Shown: positions 14,011 to 26,899 of the stretch, in pieces
Numbering within the stretch: position 1 is the first letter of the stretch
How the letters are laid out: each line of letters opens with the position of its first letter
Source: Octopus vulgaris
Lineage: Eukaryota
Reading direction: 5' to 3'
Length of the DNA: 64,000 bases
Assembly (NCBI GenBank): GCA_951406725.2
Contig: OX597833.1
Location: 30,132,001 to 30,196,000, forward strand
Program-made: the position numbers and the translations under genes
Notes under the pieces: generated by a model
The model's database searches: none
The model's input: only the letters and a program-made list of their open reading frames with translations
Told to the model about the DNA's origin: nothing

Positions 14011-15419
14011 CATCTGTACCTATTTAAGAGTTTCTTTCTTTGAGAGGGGAATAGATAAATAGAACTTGTGGGTATAGCACAACTGAAATATTAGTTTCAC
14101 ATTTTGGCACAAATCCAGCAATTTCAGGAGAGAGAATAAATTGATTGCACTAACCCCCGTATTTGACTGATACTTATTTTATCAATCCCACTGAAAGGAT
14201 GAAAGGCAAAGTCAACTTCTGCAGAATTTGAACTCCAAACGTAAAGATGGGTGAAATGCTATTAAGGATTTTACCCAGCATGTCAATGATTCTGCCAGTC
14301 TCTGCCTTAGCACAACTGAAATATTAAAAAAAAAAAAACAGAATATAACACATACAAGACAGAGTAACAGTGAAAAAAAACTTTTAGAGAATAAAACGGA
14401 ATTCATAAACTGCAATAATAATTAAAGTTTCAAAATTTAGAGACTTGCAAGTAAATGTGCTTCTATGTGTAACTTAGGTTAATATCAGTGCAGTTTTCAA
14501 TTTGAAATAAAAATAGAGAATTGGCAAAGCCATTTCAGTGCCCTCCCATAACCTTAATAGTTGTTTAAGAAATTATAAACAGACTGTTTAAACTGGAAGC
14601 TGAGAACTCAATAAAGATGTTTGTGTGAATGCATACATATGTTTTTATCTATGTATTTGTATTTCTATGTGTTTGTGTTCGTGTGTATTCAGAAGGAGTA
14701 AAAACCTGATGCATATCAAATGACTGCATATAAATTATATATCTGATATAGAAGATGGAAAGATGATGATAATAATGATGGTTACTTCATTATTTGCTAT
14801 CAGACTTTTCAAATAAGTACAGGGCTATGAATTTTGGAAGATGGGAACTGTTGATCAAATTCTACTCAATTTGTAAATGCTACTTAATTGATCTTGCAAA
14901 GATGAAAGGCTAAGTCAAAACTAGGAGTTAAATATTAATGATAATGTTTTCTCGTATAAAAACAAGGTGACACATTTCAAGGACAGTGGAAGTAGTAGAT
15001 TAAAGTGGCCCTAGCACTTGGATGGTACTTCATATTATCAATTCCAAAAGGATGAACGGCAAAGTTGACCTCAGCGGTTTTTGAACTTAAAATGAAGAGC
15101 CAAAACAAATGTCACAAGACATTTTTTTCCAATGCCTTTACAATACTGCCAGCTTAATCACCTTGATAATAATGATAATTAAAACAATGATTTCAAATTT
15201 TGGGCACAAGGCCAACAAATTCAGGGGAAGGGGTGGAGTTAAGTCGATTACATCAACCCCAATGCTGAAAGGATGAAAAGCAAAGTCAACCTTAGTGGAA
15301 TTTGAACTCAGAACATAATGACAGACAAAATGCTGCTTAACATTTTGCTTGGCTTGCTAACAATTCTGCCAGCTCACCACCTTGATGATAATAACAAAAA
15401 CAACAATAATAATTTTTAA

Positions 15420-16205
15420 AATGCAGTGCTATTAAACGTATTGCTATTAAACTGAAGAGAGGGAAAAAAATAGACTGCAGTGGAGTACAACTTCCAGATG
15501 ATGATCACATAAGAGAAGTGAACAAAGAGGATTATGAGTATCTTGATGTTTTAAATTAGGCCAGGTGATGAACATTTCTTCTGAATATTCCAGAAGAGTT
15601 AAAAGCTATGCAGATCCAAGCTGAATGGAAGAAACCTCATTAGAGGCATCACTGCTTTGGCTGTAGGTATAGTGTGTTATTGTGCAGGAGCTGTGGAATG
15701 GAAGAACTGGTTAACATGGAAAGAATAACTAGCAAGATAACGGTTACACATGGGTGCCTTCATACCAGAAGTAATGTAACAAGGCTTTATTTACCAAGTG
15801 GAAGAGGATTTGTTGGAATAGAGGTGAGTTTTATAGAGATCAAATCTTTGTATGCCTATCTGAGGAATAGTGATGAAAGAATGAAGGCTGCACTGAGTGA
15901 GGTGATCAGTGAATGGTGAGACCCTCAATATGAGAACTAATGGAGAAAAGATCATCAACTGGAAAGAGAAAGTCCTACATGGAGAGTTATTCCAACAAAC
16001 AATGGCTGAAGCCGATGGAGAATCCTAGAGATGGTTACAACCTAGTTATTCTTTTAAAGAAGATGAAAGGACTGATTCTTGCTGCTCGAGAACAAGCTTT
16101 ATGAACCAACTCAATCAAGTGTAGTATTGCTAAGATAACAGTGTCACCTATGTGTAGATTATGTGAAAAATCATCAGAGACAGTTAGACATATATTTAGT
16201 GGTCA
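15420..16205 (+). mobile_element. R4/Dong-clade non-LTR retrotransposon fragment
   Basis: Degenerate motifs KLNGRNL, LH.RS...RLYL...GRG, WKEKVLHG, AAREQA and CRLC....ETVRHI (CCHC knuckle). Confidence 0.7.
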
Positions 16206-17206
16206 ATATTTTAAATAAAATGATAGTTAAAGGGGTCTATAGGTAAAAAATAGTTGAGAACCACTGCTCTACATGATTACTCAGCCTGCTAGAAATAACA
16301 GCTAAATGCCCCCTCAAGTCATTCTCCACTATCTTAGAAAAGGAGACATTGGATAATGTGATCTTGGGCACCTTAAATAATAGAAATGAACAGGATGGTC
16401 ACTATCAGAATTCCTTTAGTCATTGGTCTACTCAATCGCAGGTGATCTTTGAATAAACAATGACAACATCGGCACCTTTACTGGCTATGCCAAGCATTAC
16501 CTTCTCCATCACCACAATGAACTGCCATCATCATCATATGGCTTCATGATTGCTCTGAAATATTTGTGAATTCAGATGTTAGTTTTTCTGAAAGATGATA
16601 TCATTAACCGGGATTTTCAAATATAGATTCAGACAAATACTATCTTTATACTCCTGCATTGCAGCTGCTTATCTTCAGCCAATATCTCTGATTTACATAC
16701 ACTACACATCACACATCCTTGTAAACTTTTTGTTGTTTATATTGGAATGGTGCCTGTTATTGCTAATGATGGTGGGAATGGTAGCAGTGATGATGATAGT
16801 GGTGACATTAGTTGTGGAAATAGTGGTGTTAACAGCAGTGGTGATGATAATAGTGATAAAGGTGGAGATGGTGGCGGCGGCAGCTACAGCACTAATAGTA
16901 ATCGAGTGAAAATATTGTTTAGCCCCAGGTCAACCCTAATGACCTTATTGGCTGGTTGAAAAGGGTGGTAGCGGAGTTAATGGTAATGATTTGGGGTAAT
17001 AGGAGTGAAAATGTTGTTAAGCCCCAGGTCAACCCTGATGAGTAGCTTTGTAGCCATTCTATGACCTTCTAGCCTTATTGGAATGTTTGAAAAGGGTGGT
17101 AGTGATGGTATTCTCAGTGGCAAAAGTGGTAGTAATGGGTAGACTGGAGTAGAAATGATTGCATTTTTGTGTTGTCATTTACATATTGTCCAGATGGCAT
17201 CTACAT

Positions 17207-17259
<53 letters not shown>

Positions 17260-18923
17260 TTCTCTCTTTTTCTCTCTACCCCTGCTACTTCATATTTTCC
17301 TTTCCCTTCCACACTGCTCCTGTATTCAGTTAATATCACATTCTTCCATCACCAGCAGCAATACCACCACCACCATCAACATATAATATCTGGCTCTCAT
17401 TCCTAACTGTCAGCCATTTCATTTCTCTCTACTTTCACAGCAGTTTGCTAAAACATGTAAAGCATTGCTTCACTTTTGACAATGATTATTTCAATTATTC
17501 AATCTACATATACCTACCTAGTCACTGAATTATAGTGGTTGAATATTCCAGAGATATTTGTACCCTTAACACAATTTGGTTGAATCAGCATGACACAGTT
17601 GGATCCTCTGAGTTATAGTGACTTCATCTTACAACTTTCCTCACAGTGCTGTCTACCTTACTTTGCTGACCAGTTTGCTTGATTCCTTAATAAAAGACAC
17701 TTGACTAAAGTGCTATGCAGTGGGACTTCTTGATTATGAAGCAAACTGCTTAATTATCCATACCTGAACCTAAACATCATTATCATTTAACATCCATTTT
17801 CCATGCAGGCATGGGTCGAACCTATGCAGGAGGGTCTGACAGGAGCTGGCCCAGGCTCCATTTGTCTGTTTGGGGATTGTTTCTATGACTGGATGTCCTT
17901 CCTAACACCAACCACTTCACAAAGTGTGCTGGGTGCTTTTTATGTGGCACCAGCACAGGTGCTTTTATGTGATGCTAGCATGAGTGCTTGTTACATTGTG
18001 CCAGCACAAGTGATTTTATGTGGTACTGGCAAGAGCTTTCTATGTGGCACCAGCGTGAGCACTTTTACATGGCACTGGCATCGGTGTTTGTTATGTGATG
18101 CCAGCATGAGTGCTTTTTGCGTGGCACCAGCATGGGTCATAAAGAACATGCCTGTATGCATGGACAGCCACAGTTTTACTTAGCTTGACATGTCTTCTCA
18201 AGTATAGGAAATCACCATGTAAATATTGACATGCATGCACATATATGAGTATCTATTTATATTGTATTTAACTTGGAATTATTGGACTTGCAGTAAAATC
18301 AGTACTTGAAGCACATTCATGCACTCTCCACTGTCACTTATTCCATTTAATTATTCCAATATCTATCACTAGTAATCCTAATTAATACATTCCACCCACT
18401 GGCACTTCCACTGTTAGTCTTTAAGTCTCATTAATTATAAAACACTACATCATCTCAGTAAACAAGTTTTTGACAAATAACAAGCAGGCAAATTATATAC
18501 TCTCTATCCCTTATAGTCAGGTATTTAGGTATTTTGATATTTCACAGCATAATTATGGGCTGCTCCTTGACAAGGCATAGCACCCATTCAATCATACTGC
18601 CAGAGATACAGCAAAGTCATGGGACTACAGTATGATGAATTGTGAAGAGGTAGCTGAGGAGCTCAACTGAGCCAAAGGTACTTCTTACATTGATGCTGAG
18701 CAAAGGAATCCTAAAAGATCAATGGCCAAGATTACCAAGCTCTATCAAGAGAATTTAAAAAATCCCTTTTAGAAGAGACATACGACTGGCTTTAGAAAAA
18801 GTATGTTACTTGTAAATTTATAGACTAACAAACCCAATTTTGACTAATAGCTAATGTTTGCCTCATTGGCTCCCAAGATCATTGTCATCGTGATAACAGT
18901 TCTTTCCTCACTAGTGTCTGTAA

Positions 18924-19082
18924 CACTAGCGTAGCTAGAGTGTGTCCTTCCTAAGGCGGCCTTTCAGTTTGCCGCCCCCAGGCCCCCCCACAAAAAATAC
19001 ATATTGCCTACAGCAGACCCAAAAGTTGTGGCATCCCCGTAAAAGTACCACCCCTTCTGTCCCCCTATAGCTATTGCTAGTG
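18924..19082. mobile_element. hAT-type MITE
   Basis: TIRs CACTAGCGTAGCTA / TAGCTATTGCTAGTG; 8-bp TSD GTCTGTAA (18916-18923) / GTTTGTAA (19083-19090); GC-rich interior. Confidence 0.8.
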
Positions 19083-20248
19083 GTTTGTAATGTACCTTTT
19101 TAAAGCAGTTAAATTGGCTGTAGGTTGGAGATTAGATAGACTACCTGGCAATATTTGTTCCAATTCTCAATGCTCTAAGCTCAAATCCTGCTTCTGTTAA
19201 GATGTTGGTAAATAAAATAGCAGTCCATGATGGCAGATTGGTTGAATTATTAGAATATTGGACAGGATACCTTGTGACATCTCTCCTAGGACCCTGCATT
19301 TTAATAATAATGTCTCCAATGGCACTGGTGCTCAGTTGTTTTGGCTCTTGCCTCTTCTGGACATCTATGTCATAGACATATATGCATTGGCAATTGCTGG
19401 TCTACCATAACTAGAAAAAAAATTGGTTTGGTATATATCTTAGAATCATTCCTAGTGTGGAACCATGGTCTTATGAGATACATGGAGGCCTTAAAATGCA
19501 TTTTGATTTTTTCATTTGTGTGGGGAGAGGTAGCATTTAAAGGTCCTGTTCAATCATTTTGTCCTGGATTTTTCTTGACTATCTACTCCCCTCATAGCTT
19601 CATTTCACAGCCAACTTAACACTTCCATCTTCCATCCTGTTTTATCCATTCCCCTTACATGTTCTCTTGTGAACACAGTTTTCTCTCTGCTACTTACATC
19701 AGACAAGATCTTTGATGCTTTGTTACTTCCTTAGCTCACTTGTACTTGGACATGTTTGCATCTTTAAACATCCAGCCAGCTGTTCATCTTCAATTATCTA
19801 TTTTGTAGCACAGTTGGTAAACAATAACATCTTTAGTTATACGTGACCAAAGAGATGACCACTGGTCAGTGCATTTCTGACAGTGACAATCACAATGGAG
19901 AAACTCTGATAATTTAGTTTCTTGTTAATATTGATTTCCTTCATTATTATATAACAGCAAAAGATACACACACACACACACACACACATATCTATTCTTA
20001 TACAAGAATATTGTTGACAGTGACTTCAAAAGCTTCAGGCAGCTAAGCCATCATTGGACTGCCTAAATTTCAAAGACAAAATTTTGTGTCAACAGCATTC
20101 TTGTATAAGAAAAATAAATTTTGTACTCTGTAAAAGTAAAGAATAACCCATCAGATTAATGTAAAATTGCTTTTATTATAACTGAACATGAAAACAAACA
20201 TAGACATGGCCTGGGCCTATACTGGTCGAAACCTATGAAAGTTATATA

Positions 20249-20567
20249 TATAATCATTCAAAAGAAAATTAAGAAAATGGAGATATAGCATTTAATAAAA
20301 ATTTATCATCTGCTAAAATCCAACATAGTCTCTTACAGCTGTTTCGATTAAACCTAAAGATTAAAATTGCAATTATTAAATCATTATATTAGGCAAAATC
20401 TCATCAGAAATTCTACCCCTCTGGTGAGATTTTGCCTAATATAATGATTTAATAATTACTATTTTAATCTTTAGGTTTAATTGAAACAGCTGTAAGAGAC
20501 TGTTGGATTTTTTTAAGATAATAAACTTTTATTAAATGTTATATCTCCATTTTCTTAAATTTCTTTT
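20249..20567. repeat. Long fold-back (about 160-bp arms) of a Penelope pLTR-like sequence; right arm interrupted by CR1 and continuing at 22109-22250
   Basis: 20249-20407 is the reverse complement of 20421-20567 plus 22109-22120; flanked by (TA)n at 20243 and 22253. Confidence 0.85.
20329..20410 (-). ncRNA. Type I hammerhead ribozyme motif (intact core)
   Basis: Minus strand: TTT CTGATGA GATT..CCTAA..TTAGG..AATC GAAA C AGCT G TA AGAG. Core CUGAUGA/GAAA, G-C closing stem II, palindromic stem III, GUA cleavage triplet, short 3-bp stem I. Activity untested. Confidence 0.7.
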
Positions 20568-22110
20568 AGTTAGTTAGTTAGTTAATTTGGCTCATAGCAA
20601 GGCCATGTAGGGGGACATGGAGTTAAGTACAGGGTGGTGTTCATGTAAAGAGTTCAGGCCACTTGAGGTCCAGGGAGGCTTTGAACAAAGCGGTCATCGG
20701 CATCTTCACCATCTCGTCTGGCAGCTTGTTCCACGGATCCGCAACCCGGATGGAGAAAGCTCCTCTCCTTCGATTGAGATGAAATCGTCGCAGGTAGAGC
20801 TTTTCGGAATGACCCCGCAGCCGACGCTCTGGAGCAGGAATGAAGAACAGCTCTTTCGAGAGGTTACACTTTCCGCTTATGATGTTGTGGGCGAGAATGA
20901 GATCACCACGGCGGTGGCGTTTTTCAAGAGAATAAAGGTCGAGCGTCCTCAGCCTTACTTCGTAGGACAAATTTTTGAGACCATGAACCATGCGGGTAGC
21001 CAGCTTCTGGACTCTTTCGAGATGCTGTATGTCTTTGAGGAGATAAGGAGAAGAGGCTTGAATCCCATACTCCAATATGGGTCTCACCAGCGTGACATAG
21101 AGTGGTAGGAATATGGCTGCTGTGAGCATTCCGAATGACCGTCGAATCAAGAACAGAATTCCGCGTGCTTTGTTTGCAGCATGGACGCACTGTGCCGAAG
21201 GCGAAAAGGAGGAATCCACCAAGATACCCAGGTCCTTTACCTGATCGGTCCTCTCCAGCAGCAGACGACCCGGCTCGAAATCAAGTTGAGTTGCAGGAGT
21301 AGAGCCGACAGGCAGATGACAGCACTTTGACACGTTCAGACACAGGTCCCAATCGTTAGACCACTTCTAAATTTGGTGGAGGCATCGACGAAGATCCTCT
21401 ATATTACCGCGAGGAGCGACCAGTTTGATATCATCGGTAAATAGAAGGGCGTGTTACGTGAGGTCGTCGGGCAAGTCATTTATGAAGACTAAAAACAACA
21501 AGGGCCCAAGCACTGAACCTTGAGGCATGCCACTGATCACATTGGAGACGTCGGACCGCGAACCATTAACTTGGACTTGGAAGGAGCGATCTGAGAGGAA
21601 GACACCAACCCATCGTACAATATCCGGATGGAAACTATATGCTTGAAGCTTGACAAGTAATAGGCGGTGGTTTACCGAGTCAAAAGCTTTGGCAAAGTCC
21701 AATAAAACGATGTCAACAGCATCACTATCATCGAGGATGCGCGTCACCAATTCTTCCATTACTAGTAAGTTAGTCAAGCATGATCTCTTCGGCACGAAGC
21801 CGTGTTGGGAATCAGAGATAGAGGCTGTGTTTAGGAGGTGGAGCATCATACTTTTCTTAAGGATGGTTTCGAACATCTTGCTGATTATTGATGTAAGGGA
21901 AACCGGTCGGCAGTTAAGCGGGTCTTCGCGGCTCCCTTTCTTGAAAATTGGGCAGATTATCGCTGTTCTCCAGTCTGCAGGTATAACACCCGTCGCCAAT
22001 GACATATTGAATAGTCGTGTTATGGGCTCGCAGATGACCGGAGCCAACGCTTTGATAACCCGTGGGTGTATGCCGTCAGGGCCGTGACCCTTGTTGACAT
22101 CGAGGCCTTG
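20566..22110 (-). mobile_element. CR1-clade LINE, 5'-truncated, RT domain with in-frame stops
   Basis: RPVSLTS, QHGF, DFAKAFDSV, PQGSVLGPLLF, FTDDIKL motifs; (TAAC)n tail at 20566-20585. Confidence 0.95.
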
Positions 22111-22248
22111 AATGATTATAAACCATGAGTTATTTATGGACCTATTATTTTATAAATATTATTATTATTTACATATGTTAGGTAATGAACCAGTAATTCA
22201 TTGGATGTTACTATCCCTTAATGAAGCTAATTTAACCTCTAATTGAAT

Positions 22249-22300
<52 letters not shown>

Positions 22301-22813
22301 GCAAAAATAAACTGAGGAAAATAACTCAAAGCAGCCAGCAGCATGAATCTGGAAAACAAAGGCAGAGAAAGATATACTTGATTTATTGAAATCCTCTTTA
22401 CTTTGCAAAAATGATAAAATAGGTTAATAATCTGAAACAATCAACAGTTGTTTGAAATCAACAAGTTATCAAGATATATTGTCTATCATTCAAACAGATG
22501 GCTAAGATTTTTTGTTCATTACCTTTCTTTTATACCCTCTCTGCATTATTATATCAAGATTATTAACCACCTACATGTCAGAGGTTATTCACTGAATCTT
22601 CCTAACAGGCCAAGGCTTGCTGACTATGTTTATATATAAGGGGTTCATGTAATGCTTCCTTGTTACTCTGCCAAAGATCCCACAGCATCCATAAATAAAA
22701 TGAAGGACTCTCTTAAGGGAAGAGCATCTACATAGCTGCTCGACCAGTTAGAAATAGCTACCAAATTACCTCAAACCACACTCTGCCATTTACAAGAGAA
22801 GGCACATTTTAAA

Positions 22814-23310
22814 ATTACATGGAAAGATGCAAGCATGAAAAATAATATTCTTAAGATTACAAACCTGGAAAAGTACAGGACAAGTTATTACACCTGTAAA
22901 AGTATAGGACAAGTAAAGAATAAGTAACTTTTTACTTAAAATATTGCAGCAAAGAATGCCAGTTCTTCTAATTTATCACTTTTACAGTTCTCATTTTTTA
23001 AATTTATTGTACAAAACTGTCCAGCTAATTTGTAAGTTTGTCTAATTAGTCTCTTTTTTCTGTATTTAAGGTAGTAAATTAGCCAAATTCTACTTAAATA
23101 AATATAGTGTTATTTGTAAACTATGATAAAATAAGTTTTAATATTCAAATTTTAATTTTAGCTGCAATACTTTAAGTAAAAAGTTTCTTATTCTTTACTA
23201 GAAGAAATAGCTTGTCCTATACTTTTACAGGTGTAATAACTTGTCCTGTACTTTTCCACATTTATAATCTTAAGAATATTATTTCTCATGCTCGCATTTT
23301 TCCATGTAAT
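22814..23310. repeat. About 500-bp fold-back/MITE-like element with about 140-bp inverted arms
   Basis: 22814-22950 is the reverse complement of 23161-23310 (one ~12-bp indel); each arm has a repeated aaaagtaYaggacaagt motif. Confidence 0.85.
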
Positions 23311-25168
23311 CCATGACTTTTTCAGATGTTGCTGTTATAAGATAATCAATAATGAGTCAATTAATAATTTAAGATTTTACCTTATAAAATACTGAAAGAT
23401 AATATTTCAATTTTTCCATTTAAGTGATGATAATATTTCAATTTTTTTCATGTTTAATTTCAATATATGTTTTGATTGAATTATTTGATATTACCCATCT
23501 ACACCAAATTAATGGCAGGGATTTTTACCATATTGTTGGTTACACCAAGGCTCACCAAAAGTTACAAACAACAAGACCCCAAAACCATCAGTTACCAGGC
23601 TCATCTTCAGTAACCTAATTTTGCAATATTAGGAGGTCACAGGAATTCATTCAATGACAAAAAAAATTTCCAATGATTCCAAGATTGGTGGAGATCAGGG
23701 TACTTGATTCCACGCAAAAAATTAGATCACTTAGTGAAAATCGTGTGGGTGTTAATCTAGAAATTTACCATAATGTTGTTGTTATTTAGCCTCAAATCAA
23801 CCCTGATTCTGCAAACCTATTATCAAAGACATTCCAGTCTTCAGCAAACCGTTTTTTTAGGGATAAATCTAGGATATTACATACAATAGCCATGTGATTT
23901 AGGTAGGGGGATACTTCGGCTGCTATTTTTAGCATGTCGAGCGACCAGTAGAAGTTCTTTCATTGGTTCAATTGCATGATGAGATTTTTTTACACATATA
24001 TGTGTGTATATATATCATCAGCAGAAGTTAGAGAGTAAGTCAAAAGCTGAGAGTTTCATGTATTGGCACTTATCAAACATGAATTTGCCCATTGTCACTC
24101 TGTAACTTCTGATGAAATAATTTCTAAAATACAAAATTTTGTCAAAAACATTAAGAGTAAATCCTGTTCTACGTGACACAGTCTACCAGTATCGGAAGTT
24201 TGAAAGTGTTTAGTTTTAAAAAATTAATTAAATAATCTGTACATTAAAGTTGACCTTTTAAGCATTTCGCCTGGTGCGCTAACGCTTCTGCCAGCTCGCC
24301 GACTTAGAATGTAAACATTCATTTTAGAAATATATTCTTTATTCTTATTGCTTAAGCGTTACTCCCTTACTTACTGACATTAAATTTCATAACAGTTTAC
24401 CTCATAACTCTTTTTCTACTCATTTTTGTTCAATGTGACTAGCAATTCAGAATTCCTCATGCATTTTTCTATAATTTAAGCCTAAGAAAAGTATACTTTT
24501 AATTTAAAATTTAAAAATTTATGTTAATTGAAGATAAATCTCTGCCTTACTGCCACCCTTGAGGTCACAGATATTTTGACGTAACTTTTTTTCTACTGAA
24601 CCAAATCTCAAACTATTTATGCCAAAGTGTAGCTGAAGAGGGTCCTCTTTAAAACAATTAACTGTTTGCAATTTAGTTGAGAACTGAATTAATGGTGAAG
24701 CTTGGAAGCTGCTGCGATTGATAAAATGGTGGACTTAAGAATATATTCAACCACTACCATGGTTGAATGATATAGTGTTAGATACTTCTAAAAACAAAGA
24801 TAAGTTGATCGTTGTCTGTTATAGCTTTAATCATATTTCTGCAAAGTTAGTTCTAATCTATGCCTGAGTACTCTTAAAATCACAAATACCAGTAATATAC
24901 TAAGAATGTGGAGAGGGAATTTGAGCAATTGCAGTTATCTTTCCCTACAAATTTATGGCCTTTTATCTTTTACCTTTTACTTGTTTCAGTCATTAGACTG
25001 TGGCCATCCTGGAGCACCACCTTGAGAAATTTTAGTCAAACTAATAGACCCCAGTGCTTATTTTCTTTTTAAGCTTGGTACTTATTCTATTGGTCCCTTT
25101 TGTTGAACAACTAAGTTACAGGGATGTAAACACACCAACACTGGTTGTCAAGTAGTAGCAGGGGACAA

Positions 25169-25199
<31 letters not shown>

Positions 25200-25882
25200 C
25201 AACAGACTTCTTTCATTTTCCATGTACCAAATCCACTTACAAGACTTTGGTCAGCCTGAGGCTATAGTAGAAGACATTTTCCCAATGTGCCACACAGTGG
25301 GACTGAACCTGGAACCATTTTATACATACCCATACCTGCACCTTGTACCAGTTAAGAGCCATTGCATTTTTGCCCATATCTTCAGTAATAATATTATCAA
25401 GTCATTCTTTAGCTGATATTTGCCCTTATATGTAAGCAAAGAAGAAACAAAATTTTTAGTACTTGAATACTGATATTGCAAGTTAGAGGTGTCAACCATC
25501 TGGACTAGCTAGGGTCATTGGGTACACTTTGTATATAACCAAACTAAATGCCAGTGACGAAAAGGTTCTCTTGAAATTGGCTCCAGAACACTAAAGAGCT
25601 AGCTGCTTGACACCATACAACCCTGATTAGGTTATACTGATATAAGAGATCTTTTAACTGATTAAGTATTGAAGTTACACCCACACACACATAGATGATA
25701 TGCACCTAACTTACACTCATAAAAATGTGTTTGCATGTATGTGTGTAGACGCGCTGTTATTGCATGAAACATGTACATTCACCACCACTACTTCCTATTA
25801 CTTCTAGCAGCATCAACAAACACACATACATATAAACTCATGCATTTATGTGTATGCATGTATATGCATCAGTATGTGTGTG

Positions 25883-25923
<41 letters not shown>

Positions 25924-25969
25924 GTATGTGTGTGTGTGTACACAATATACATATATATGTGCACACACT

Positions 25970-26105
25970 TGCATGTACTTGTGGTGATGGTGAAGATAGG
26001 GTGAGTTTACTTTTTACAGATATTTATGCACACAATCATATATCTGCATAAATATCTGTAAAAAGTAAACTCACCCTATCTTCACCATCACCACAAGTAC
26101 ATGCA
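25970..26105. repeat. Perfect 61-bp inverted repeat with 14-nt loop
   Basis: 25970-26030 reads as the exact reverse complement of 26045-26105. Confidence 0.93.
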
Positions 26106-26293
26106 CGCACACACACACACACACATGAATGTATAAGCACACATAAATTAGCTGTTGGTAAACACTGCATAGAAATAACTTTACCAATGTAGCTGTTGTA
26201 TGTCTGTGTTTATGTTTTCCCCAGCCTTTCATCCTCATTCCTGTAGTTTCTTCCTTCTTGTTCTTGTTTCAGTGTTTATATATAGTTATATTT

Positions 26294-26442
26294 TAAGATA
26301 CAGACAGATAAGGTAATAATTGATTTTCAAATGCAGAAACACTGATAGAACAGCAGAGACAGGATAAAATATCCAACCTGTCTCTACTGCTCTATCAGTG
26401 TTTCTGCATTTGAAAATCAATTATTACCTTATCTGTATCTTA
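26294..26442. repeat. Near-perfect inverted repeat (about 65-bp arms, 13-nt loop)
   Basis: acagataaggtaataattgattttcaaatgcagaaacactgatag...gagacagg pairs with cctgtctc...ctatcagtgtttctgcatttgaaaatcaattattaccttatctgt; two mismatches and one 4-nt bulge. Confidence 0.9.
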
Positions 26443-26899
26443 CAATACATTTCTAAAACAAACATTAGTTTGTTTACATTTATAGTTATTTTTTGTTTTT
26501 TAATTTGCAAGTCTATGCCTTAGTACTGTGAAATATCTCAGCTGTGAAGCAACTTGGACAGTAGTATGATTTGGTATGATTAGTTAATAGTGGTGTGTTT
26601 GATAGGGTTGTGGCTATGCATGTGACACAGTATGGTGGTAGTAGTGATATTGGTAGTGATGGCAGTATTGGCGGTGGCAGCAGTGATGGTGGCGGTGGTG
26701 GTGGTGGTATTTTGTTGAAATCAGTCATAACTGGGTAAACCAATGACCAAATTCATACCAGCTATGACTATGCAGGATATTGTCCAGTGTGTCTTTCCTG
26801 TTCTTGTTTAAGGTGTGATTTGAGAGAGTTTGGCTGCTACATTTAGCTGACTGTGTAATCATATAAAGCTTCTTTATTGGCTGTGAACTTAGGGAGTGA

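Noticed and set aside
16595-16959. Hydrophobic and Gly/Ser/Asp-rich ORFs
   Set aside because: Derived from (GGT/GAT/AGT)n low-complexity sequence; no splice or domain support.
20199-20237. CATAG...GGTCGAAAC CTATG motif beside the fold-back
   Set aside because: Has complementary flanks and GAAAC but no CUGANGA core.
21650-22087. Antisense ORFs over LINE RT regions (also 62803-63222, 63247-63597)
   Set aside because: Shadow ORFs on the opposite strand of transposon coding sequence.
24106-24158. Plus-strand CTT CTGATGA...AAATTTTGTC AAAA..AAG
   Set aside because: GAAA is missing and stem II is imperfect; at most a decayed hammerhead, so not listed as a feature.
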